The translations under genes and the position numbers were made by a program. A stretch of 64,000 nucleotides of DNA, taken from positions 3,829-67,828 of the forward strand of contig JAAYLD010000044.1 in the NCBI GenBank assembly GCA_012522015.1. The letters run 5' to 3'. Source of the DNA: Clostridiales bacterium. Lineage in GTDB: Bacteria; Bacillota; Clostridia; Oscillospirales; CAG-272. Shown in pieces: positions 56,834-64,000 of the stretch. Each line of letters starts with the position of its first letter. Position 1 is the stretch's first letter. The notes under the pieces were generated by a model that worked only from the letters and a program-made list of their open reading frames with translations, made no database searches and was not told where the DNA came from.

Positions 56834-56853
56834 GATATTTTATTTCTTTTAAA

Positions 56854-58221
56854 TTAATGTTTGTCGTCAAAAATGTCGTTTATATTAGTAACAGCATCGC
56901 TTGATTTTGATATTGTCACGACTGTGTCACCAATATGAATCGAATCAGAACCTGTCGGAATTATAATCTGATTGCCGCGGTGTATGCAGGCGACAAGAGT
57001 GTTTTTCTTGAGCTTGATATTTGTTAGAGGCACATCAAGATGTCTCGTTTCCTCTGTTGCGATAAATTCAAGTGCTTCAACATTACCTCCGGCAATACGC
57101 CGCAGCGTGATGATAGAATCTGCCCTTGAATGTTCCATGTCGCGTGCGTATCTGACAATTTCGGTAGCTGAAAGCATCTTCGGGCTTATAAGGCTATCAA
57201 TGCCACTTGCGCGCAGGACATCTTCATATTCAATTCTGTTGATTTTCGTGATTGTCTTTGGCACACCAATATGCTTTGCATACATAGAAACGAGCAGATT
57301 CTCTTCATCAATTCCGGTTAGTGCAACAACAGCATCCGTTGAGCTGATACCTTCCTCAATCAATAGATCCTGCATCGTGCCATCGCCCTCGATAATCATA
57401 GCTTCCGGTAAAGATTCCGAAAGCTCAAGGCATCGCTCATGGTCTAATTCAATTATCTTAACGCTCATGCCCGCTTCAATCAGGCGCATAGCAAGATAGC
57501 GTGAGATGGTGCCTCCGCCGATTATCATAACGTTGCGCACGCGCGGTGCGGCGATTCCAAGATTTTTTATCAGCTTGTTGAAGTCTCGCCGCCCAGCCGT
57601 TACAGTTATGTTATCGCCCTCTTTGATTTGAAATGAACCGGATGGAATAATAGCTTCGCCATCACGCTCGACAGTGCAAACGAGCGAGCGGACTTGGGCG
57701 ATTGATTGAAAATTATTTAACATCACACCACAAAGCGGGCTTCCACTTTTAACATGAATCTCAACAAGCTCGACAAGACCGGCGGCAAAGGAATCGCGCT
57801 TTAAAAACGACGGGAACTGTAGCATACGGAATATCTCCCGTGCTGCCGCGAATTCCGGGTTAAATATCATCGATATACCGAGCTGGTCATAGAAAAAGCG
57901 TGTATTGCGGCTATGCTCGGGAGAACGGACACGAGCAAGCGTATGCCGGCATCCGAGACGCTTCGCAATGACACAAGCAAAGAGGTTTGTTTCATCGTCT
58001 GCCGTGACTGCGATGAACATATCAGCCCGGCCGACGCCTGCTTCGGTGAGTGTTTCAACGCTTGCCCCATTTTCCTTTATTGTAAGAACATCAGCTGCAT
58101 TTTGAATATAAGTTAGTGCGTCGGCAGAACAGTCAATGGCTGTAATGTCGTGGTTCTCCATTGAAAGCTGTAATACTATAGCATAGCCAACTTTTCCGAC
58201 GCCAGCGACTACGACTTTCAT
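56854..58221 (-). CDS. trkA: Trk system NAD-binding subunit TrkA (double RCK)
   Basis: Two Rossmann motifs (VVAGVGKVGY and IIGGGTISRY), each followed by an RCK_C domain. Confidence 0.85.
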   Translation of the reverse strand: MKVVVAGVGKVGYAIVLQLSMENHDITAIDCSADALTYIQNAADVLTIKENGASVETLTEAGVGRADMFIAVTADDETNLFACVIAKRLGCRHTLARVRSPEHSRNTRFFYDQLGISMIFNPEFAAAREIFRMLQFPSFLKRDSFAAGLVELVEIHVKSGSPLCGVMLNNFQSIAQVRSLVCTVERDGEAIIPSGSFQIKEGDNITVTAGRRDFNKLIKNLGIAAPRVRNVMIIGGGTISRYLAMRLIEAGMSVKIIELDHERCLELSESLPEAMIIEGDGTMQDLLIEEGISSTDAVVALTGIDEENLLVSMYAKHIGVPKTITKINRIEYEDVLRASGIDSLISPKMLSATEIVRYARDMEHSRADSIITLRRIAGGNVEALEFIATEETRHLDVPLTNIKLKKNTLVACIHRGNQIIIPTGSDSIHIGDTVVTISKSSDAVTNINDIFDDKH

Positions 58222-58295
58222 ATGTTTTTATTACCACCTGTTCTGGGGCGGCATGAAGCTGTCCCTATCTTATTACATTTGATTGATGAAATATA

Positions 58296-58324
58296 ATTAT
58301 AACACTTTTTATGTTGTAAGACAA
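58296..58324 (-). promoter_or_regulatory. Sigma-A type promoter for trkA-trkH
   Basis: Minus strand TTGTCT-17 nt-TATAAT. Confidence 0.5.
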
Positions 58325-58383
58325 CTTTTAAAATGAAGAAGTTTATATAAAAAACCGTTGAAATGATACTAAAGTTCATTTTC

Positions 58384-58424
58384 AGAAAAAAAGCGGTGTG
58401 CTCCGATATATCGGAACACACCGC
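58384..58424 (-). terminator. Intrinsic terminator of the clpC operon
   Basis: AGCGGTGTGTTCCGATAT / ATATCGGAGCACACCGCT long stem followed by TTTTTTT on the minus strand. Confidence 0.85.
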
Positions 58425-58447
58425 TGACGCTAAGCTCAAAGCGAAGG

Positions 58448-60982
58448 TTAGCTTGTCTTATTCTCTTTTACTTTGTATGAAATTTTACCATCAACTACAG
58501 TAGCTTCGACATTATCGCCTTCCTTGATACTGCCCGACAGCATTGCTTCGGAAACAGAGTCCTCAACAAGGCGAACTACAGCGCGGCGCAGAGGACGAGC
58601 ACCATATACGGGATCAAAGCCCTCCTTTGCAACAAGATCCAGTACACTGTCGTCAAACTCAATGTTAATACCGATTGACGATATGCGTTTCTTCACATCA
58701 CCAATCATCAGGGAAGCAATTTCGCGTATATTTTCGTCCGACAGCTTGTTGAAGACGACAATTTCATCGATACGGTTGAGGAATTCCGGACGGAAAGTGC
58801 GCTTGAGGGAATCCATCACTGTTGAGCGCATGCGGTCATATTCAGATGACGCGCTGACCAACGGAGCAAAGCCAAGCTGCTTTGGTTCAACTATGCTTGA
58901 GGCTCCTACGTTGGACGTCATAATTATAATAGTATTTTTAAAATCAACACGGCGTCCCTGCGCGTCAGTTAATATGCCGTCGTCAAGAATCTGAAGCAGG
59001 ATGTTAAAAACATCGGGATGCGCCTTTTCGATTTCATCGAACAGCACGACTGAATAAGGATGACGGCGAATCTTTTCTGTCAGCTGACCGCCTTCGTCAT
59101 ATCCGACATAACCGGGAGGCGACCCTATCAGTTTAGATGTCGAAAAACTCTCCATGTATTCGGACATATCGATGCGGATCATAGCGTTTTCGCTGCCGAA
59201 CATGACATCCGCCAGCACCTTTGAAATCTCTGTTTTACCGACACCGGTCGGCCCTAAGAAAATGAACGAACCAATCGGACGCCGCGGGTCCTTCAGCCCC
59301 ATTCTTCCGCGCCGGATCGCCCGTGCAACGGCCGAGACTGCTTCATCTTGACCGATTATCCGAGATTTTAAAATATCCTCAAGATGGAGTAGACGCTCGC
59401 TTTCTTCTTCGGCAAGCCTTGAGACAGGGATACCCGTCCAAGCCGTCACAATCTCAGCGATTTCATTTTCGCCAACAACCAAATCAGAGCCCTCGCGCTC
59501 AGATTGCCACTTTTCCTTCTCAGCTTCATATTCAGCACGCAGCTTCTTTTCCTTGTCGCGGCAAGCGGCAGCGCGCTCAAAGTTTTGCTCGCGCACAGCT
59601 TCCTCTTTCTCGCGCTCAGCCTCGCGTATCTGTGCCTCAAGTTCACGTAATTTGCCGGTCGGAGTAATACGTGAAATCCGCATTCTTGAAGCTGCTTCGT
59701 CAATAAGGTCAATAGCCTTATCAGGCAAGTATCTGTCATTGATATATCTGACAGACAGCTTTACAGCCGCCTCAATTGCTTCATCGGATATTTTTAGCTT
59801 GTGGTGAGCTTCATACTTGTCACGCAGACCATGGAGAATTTTAATCGTATCTTCAGGTGCCGGCTCGCCAACCATAACGGACTGGAAACGGCGCTCAAGA
59901 GCGGCGTCGTGTTCTATGTGGCGGCGGTATTCTTCTATCGTCGTAGCACCTATAACCTGTATTTCGCCCCTTGCAAGTGCTGGTTTTAAAATATTCGCTG
60001 CGTCAACAGCACCTTCCGCGGCACCAGCACCGATTATTGTGTGTATTTCATCAATAAAAAGTATGATGTCGGGGCTTCTTATAATCTCGGCCATTACATT
60101 TTTGAGGCGCTCCTCAAACTCGCCGCGATATTTAGCGCCGGCTATCATCGAGGAGATGTCAAGCGTTACGATAATTTTGTCTTTAAGCGTTTCCGGTATC
60201 GTTCCGTCGACAATCCTCTGCGCAAGACCCTCAACTACAGCAGTCTTACCTACACCCGGCTCGCCAATGAGGCACGGGTTATTTTTTGTACGCCGAGATA
60301 AAATTTGAATGACGCGTTCCATTTCATTCTCGCGCCCAATTATCGGATCAAGCTTGCCTTCGCGTGCGAGTGCGCAAAGGTCACGTCCGTAGTTTGACAG
60401 TGTCGGCGCGTTCTTTATCCTTGACCGTCCGCCGTCGCGGCGTGCAAAACCGGACATACCACCGGGAATATCGCTGTTTGAGAATCGGCCTTGTGAAGAC
60501 ATTCGCGCGTCACCGCCACCTGCGCCGGTGCGGTCGGCACCGCCTGAATTTTCGGAAAGGAAGTTTTCCGTATCTGCGCGCAGATCATCTACTGAAACGC
60601 CTGATGTTTCAAGAATCTTCACGGCAACGCAGTCACGCTCATTAAGCAGGGCGTAAAGAATATGCTCTGTTCCGATGTAGCCCTGATTATATTTCACTGA
60701 AATATAAGCCGAATTTTCGATTATGTTTTTTGTGCGCGGCGTCATGTCGGCGGGGGTGACGGAACTCTTGTCACCAGTGCCGGAAATACTGCGGACAAGC
60801 TCCTTCACCTCGTTAAGCGACGCGCTGCGTCCCTCGAGAAGCCGAGCACCGGCGCTTTCCGGCTCGGACAAAAGGCCAATTAGTATATGCTCGGAGCCAA
60901 TATATGTGTGACCCATTTCACGCGCGGCGTAAAGAGCACGGTTCATCGCATTTTGTGCTTTTTGAGTGAATTTGCTTACCAT
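58448..60982 (-). CDS. clpC: ATP-dependent Clp protease ATP-binding subunit ClpC
   Basis: Double Clp_N repeat, two AAA+ modules (GEPGVGKT and GPTGVGKT), a UVR linker motif and a ClpB_D2-small C-terminus. ATG at 60982. Confidence 0.9.
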   Translation of the reverse strand: MVSKFTQKAQNAMNRALYAAREMGHTYIGSEHILIGLLSEPESAGARLLEGRSASLNEVKELVRSISGTGDKSSVTPADMTPRTKNIIENSAYISVKYNQGYIGTEHILYALLNERDCVAVKILETSGVSVDDLRADTENFLSENSGGADRTGAGGGDARMSSQGRFSNSDIPGGMSGFARRDGGRSRIKNAPTLSNYGRDLCALAREGKLDPIIGRENEMERVIQILSRRTKNNPCLIGEPGVGKTAVVEGLAQRIVDGTIPETLKDKIIVTLDISSMIAGAKYRGEFEERLKNVMAEIIRSPDIILFIDEIHTIIGAGAAEGAVDAANILKPALARGEIQVIGATTIEEYRRHIEHDAALERRFQSVMVGEPAPEDTIKILHGLRDKYEAHHKLKISDEAIEAAVKLSVRYINDRYLPDKAIDLIDEAASRMRISRITPTGKLRELEAQIREAEREKEEAVREQNFERAAACRDKEKKLRAEYEAEKEKWQSEREGSDLVVGENEIAEIVTAWTGIPVSRLAEEESERLLHLEDILKSRIIGQDEAVSAVARAIRRGRMGLKDPRRPIGSFIFLGPTGVGKTEISKVLADVMFGSENAMIRIDMSEYMESFSTSKLIGSPPGYVGYDEGGQLTEKIRRHPYSVVLFDEIEKAHPDVFNILLQILDDGILTDAQGRRVDFKNTIIIMTSNVGASSIVEPKQLGFAPLVSASSEYDRMRSTVMDSLKRTFRPEFLNRIDEIVVFNKLSDENIREIASLMIGDVKKRISSIGINIEFDDSVLDLVAKEGFDPVYGARPLRRAVVRLVEDSVSEAMLSGSIKEGDNVEATVVDGKISYKVKENKTS

Positions 60983-61061
60983 AATGTAAACACCATCCCT
61001 TTTTTGTATTGGTATTTTGTGGGATTGTAAGAAATTTTGTTTTAATATTGCATTAATGCTA

Positions 61062-62114
61062 TTATACAGCAAGACGCCGTTTTATGGCATCAGCGCGGCG
61101 TACATCACGCTCGGCCGGCGACATCGGAGTGCCGCCAGAGAGCAGAGTAAGCACAGCAGGCTGGGATTCTATAAAAAGTGTGTCAAGAGTCTCGTATGAA
61201 AGTGAACTCGGTATGCCCGTGCCGTCTTGCTGTCCGTTCATTTTCCGAACATTGTCAAGCGCAATGCCAAGACGCACATCACACCATAGCTTCATGAACT
61301 CGGAGAACGAAAGCATCCGTGCGTACATGAGCGTACCATAGGCACGAGCCGATGCATCAGCAACGGAATTCCAAACATCATCCTTTGTCATCGCGTCACG
61401 AAGCTTCCTCTCTTGATCAACAACTGATGCAACAATGTTTTTCAGCTTTTCAATAGATTCTTCCTCGCTCACACCGAGCGTGAATTGATTGGATATCTGA
61501 TAAAGGCATCCGGTGGAACCCGAACCCTCACCATAAGAGCCACGCACGGTCAGCCCGATTTTTGACAGTTGACGAGTGATAGAGGAAAGCTTGCCGAACT
61601 TCGTGATAGCAGGTAGGAACACCATTACCGATGCGCGCATTCCTGTTCCGAGATTTGTCGGACAGTGCGTTAGATAGCCAAGCCTTTCGTCAAAAGCAAG
61701 ATTAAAGGATGAGTCAAGGATAGATTCCGCTTCAACCGCACCGGCATAAGCTTCGTCAAGCGAAAATCCGGGAGTTATACACTGTATGCGCAAATGATCT
61801 TCCTCGCAGGTCATAATATAGACGCTCTTTTTGTCATTTTTAAATAGCGTATGAGGCCCTTTTGCTCCTGCGAATTCCGGACTTACAATGTGCTCCTCTA
61901 CGTATGCTGTGGCGCCTATCATATCAAGCCCGGTAAAGTCAACAGCTTCATAGCCGTTTGAGGTAAGCACAGCGCCAATTTTCCCGATAAGCTCGCGCAC
62001 CCGATCGTCAGTTAAATGACGCCCGAACGGGTAACCCTCAACATTTCTTGCCAGTCTTACGCGCGATGAAAGGACGACATCATTATCAACACTTTTTTTA
62101 CCATACCATGCCAT
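61062..62114 (-). CDS. mcsB: Protein arginine kinase McsB
   Basis: Phosphagen-kinase-like core (EEDHLRIQ, HCPTNLGTGMRASV) in the ctsR-mcsA-mcsB-clpC context. Confidence 0.9.
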   Translation of the reverse strand: MAWYGKKSVDNDVVLSSRVRLARNVEGYPFGRHLTDDRVRELIGKIGAVLTSNGYEAVDFTGLDMIGATAYVEEHIVSPEFAGAKGPHTLFKNDKKSVYIMTCEEDHLRIQCITPGFSLDEAYAGAVEAESILDSSFNLAFDERLGYLTHCPTNLGTGMRASVMVFLPAITKFGKLSSITRQLSKIGLTVRGSYGEGSGSTGCLYQISNQFTLGVSEEESIEKLKNIVASVVDQERKLRDAMTKDDVWNSVADASARAYGTLMYARMLSFSEFMKLWCDVRLGIALDNVRKMNGQQDGTGIPSSLSYETLDTLFIESQPAVLTLLSGGTPMSPAERDVRRADAIKRRLAV

Positions 62115-62125
62115 AGTTTTTCACC

Positions 62126-62662
62126 TCAAGCTTCAGCCGTTAGATTGCTTATTTCATCACGAAGAGCTGCGGCGCGTTCAAATTCTTCATTTTTAATAGC
62201 TTCTTTCAAACGACGTCTTAAGTCATCAAGCACATTTTCTTTTTCGCATTTATTTTTGAATCGGAGAGGGAAGCGCCCCTTATGGCGCACACTACCATGA
62301 ATCCTTGTGATGCTCGGACGCAACTCGTCTGCAAACGAGCGGTAGCATTCGGTGCACCCGACCTTGCCTTCCTCTGAAAGTTCGCGGATAGATATGCCGC
62401 AAAGTGGGCAGCGTTTTTCCTTGGCTGAGCGTCTTGTGCCGGAGAGAGCAGGTGCTGATGGCACACCGAACACACTCTCGAAAAGACTGGAGAGCAGCGA
62501 CTCCCCTTCCTCAAAGGGGGATACAAAATTCAGGTTTATTTCCCCGGCTGCCTCAAGTTCGCGAGCGCAGTCGTTGCAGAGAGAGTATGATTTTTTGTAT
62601 CCATTTATATTTTCATTATAAAAAACAACAGCTTCGTTTTTTTCACATCTATTGCATAACAT
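62126..62662 (-). CDS. mcsA: McsA (UvrB/UvrC-motif zinc-finger activator of McsB)
   Basis: CxxC pairs (CNRC, CNDC, CPLC, CTEC) and a C-terminal UVR motif EEFERAAALRDEI. Confidence 0.85.
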   Translation of the reverse strand: MLCNRCEKNEAVVFYNENINGYKKSYSLCNDCARELEAAGEINLNFVSPFEEGESLLSSLFESVFGVPSAPALSGTRRSAKEKRCPLCGISIRELSEEGKVGCTECYRSFADELRPSITRIHGSVRHKGRFPLRFKNKCEKENVLDDLRRRLKEAIKNEEFERAAALRDEISNLTAEA

Positions 62663-62688
62663 AACTACATTCCTCCCATGCGAGTATT

Positions 62689-63141
62689 TTAGTTAACAAG
62701 ATCAAGTATTATATGTCGTAAGATGTCGGCGCGAATAGCACCTCTTTGATTTGGCGGAGCCTTAGCAAGTGATCCACTCGAAATCGCTCGTGATATTATT
62801 TTTGACTCCCTTTCAGTTATGATGTTTGCTCCTAAGAGATTTAATAGATAAGCATATGCCTCATCTTCTTCGATAGAATCACCGATAGCACAGAAGAAGT
62901 GCATCAGATAATCGTTTTTATGCATTCGCTTCCGTACAATCCGTATATACCCGCCGCCCCCTCGCCTGCTTTCTATAATATAGCCTCGCTCAGGTGTAAA
63001 CCGCGACGTAATGACATAATTTATCTGGCTTGGGACACATCCGACCTTGAGAGCAAGGTCATTTCGCTTCACCTCAGCGCATCCGTCCCCCGCATCAAGC
63101 ATTTCTTCAATTATTTGTGCGATGTAATCAGATATTAGCAT
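62689..63141 (-). CDS. ctsR: Class III stress gene repressor CtsR
   Basis: ISDYIAQIIEEML, VPSQINYVITSRFTPERGYIIESRRGGGGYIRI. Confidence 0.9.
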   Translation of the reverse strand: MLISDYIAQIIEEMLDAGDGCAEVKRNDLALKVGCVPSQINYVITSRFTPERGYIIESRRGGGGYIRIVRKRMHKNDYLMHFFCAIGDSIEEDEAYAYLLNLLGANIITERESKIISRAISSGSLAKAPPNQRGAIRADILRHIILDLVN

Positions 63142-63244
63142 ATGTTGCTACTCGCCTCCATTCTTTTATATGTATGTAATCATTTCTTAATTTGTTTGTT
63201 GCTATACTGTTTTTAACAGTGCGTAAGTCAAAGTCATAATCAAG

Positions 63245-63303
63245 TTTGACCTTGACTATCTTTGACCAATTAGAATTTAGCACAAAGGTCAAAGAAAGTC
63301 AAT
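63245..63303. promoter_or_regulatory. CtsR operator boxes upstream of ctsR
   Basis: Minus strand GGTCAAAGATAGTCAAGGTCAAA (63245-63267) and plus strand GGTCAAAGAAAGTCAAT (63287-63303). Both fit the RGTCAAA-NAN-RGTCAAA heptad repeat. Confidence 0.75.
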
Positions 63304-63379
63304 ACTTTTTTCAAAAAAAATGAAAATTTTTTTATGAGAATAGCTGTATATCCTTCTTAAGGGGAAAAACATAGAAATA

Positions 63380-63412
63380 AAAAAATCCCCGGCACACAGT
63401 GCCGGGGATAAT
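63380..63412. terminator. Bidirectional terminator
   Basis: ATCCCCGGCAC / GTGCCGGGGAT stem preceded by an A-run. Confidence 0.75.
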
Positions 63413-63452
63413 AGTTGCTGCTAATAATATTTCGCTCAATATACGGACTATA

Positions 63453-64000
63453 TTAAAGTGTCCCTGGTGTCTGAGGCGTCATGCCGCATATAATATCAAG
63501 GTTTCCGTTGCGGCAGCGAATCTCATCGAGCATTTCCTTTTCTTGAGCTTCATCTATCAGCTCAATATGATAATAAAGTTGATATAAACTGCCCATATTC
63601 GTTGTTCTCACACGGAGAAGCCTATAACTTTTTGTATATTTCTCAAAAATATCATCGAATATAGAAGTATAGTTAAGGCCTTCGGGAATTGTGACCTTAA
63701 GCTCTTTGCCATGAGTACGCTCAACTCCAAAGCCGAATACATTGAGTAAGATATAAACGGCAAGGATAATTATCGTATAAATTGCAGCAAGCCATATGTA
63801 TCCCATGCCTGTCATAAGACCAATGGACATTGAGAAAAAGATGACTAAAATTTCGGATGCTGTTCCCGGGTTTGAACGGTAACGTACAAGACTGAACGTA
63901 CCCATGACAGCAACTCCAGCGCCAATGTTGCCATTGACCATCATAATAACTGTCTGAGTGATCGCCGGAAGAAGAGTGAGGGTAAGCGCCATGCTCTTAT
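63453..64000 (-). CDS. DUF4956-type membrane protein (5' end probably beyond the window)
   Basis: GAGVAVMGTFSLVRYRS and TM helices, followed by a soluble C-terminal domain. The ORF reaches the window edge region. Confidence 0.6.
   Translation of the reverse strand, partial: KSMALTLTLLPAITQTVIMMVNGNIGAGVAVMGTFSLVRYRSNPGTASEILVIFFSMSIGLMTGMGYIWLAAIYTIIILAVYILLNVFGFGVERTHGKELKVTIPEGLNYTSIFDDIFEKYTKSYRLLRVRTTNMGSLYQLYYHIELIDEAQEKEMLDEIRCRNGNLDIICGMTPQTPGTL

Noticed and set aside
58222-58295. Possible c-di-AMP (ydaO-type) riboswitch upstream of trkA.
   Set aside because: The predicted 5' UTR is only about 70 nt, with no pseudo-two-fold ACGGGG/CCCG-type conserved elements. It looks like a plain leader with an AGGTGG RBS.
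1-64000. CRISPR arrays, rRNA genes, IS elements/transposases, integrases, reverse transcriptases, and toxin-antitoxin pairs.
   Set aside because: I saw no regularly spaced direct repeats, no rRNA-like sequence, and no ORF with transposase, recombinase or RT motifs on either strand.

Overview
64-kb chromosomal segment that looks like a spore-forming Firmicute of the Clostridia. Supporting gene content: a spoVM-like micro-ORF, ctsR-mcsA-mcsB-clpC, trkA/trkH, queT, and a lipoate-dependent 2-oxoacid dehydrogenase operon with lplA. I can support about 58 protein genes, two tRNAs (Gln-CUG, Val-CAC), several near-consensus sigma-A promoters, many intrinsic terminators and two families of intergenic hairpin repeats. 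Most of the window is housekeeping: ABC exporter, asnS, hslO, kdgK, a GH2-like hydrolase, nfo and lipid synthesis genes. The stand-out is an approximately 11.7-kb phage-derived cluster on the minus strand (38978-50649, control region to about 50790). It encodes TerS, TerL, portal, scaffold, capsid, connector, tail sheath and an XkdP/Q/R/S/T/U-type baseplate set. It has no integrase, repressor, replication, lysis or fibre genes, and no recognisable tail tube, chaperone or tape-measure ORF. It is headed by a consensus extended -10 promoter flanked by two LexA (Cheo) boxes, followed by a Cys-rich protein and a sigma-region-4/ArpU-like activator. I read this as a domesticated, SOS-wired PBSX/GTA-like element or a cleanly deleted defective prophage. 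Other points worth a second look: a candidate preQ1 riboswitch of unusual layout before queT, a PAP2-PgsA fusion, arrays of GC-rich triloop hairpins, three terminators sharing one stem, a frameshifted MBL hydrolase in an AT-rich decaying island, and several orphan genes. All protein calls rest on motifs read from the translations and on remembered family features. No database search was possible, and start codons were chosen from RBS context.
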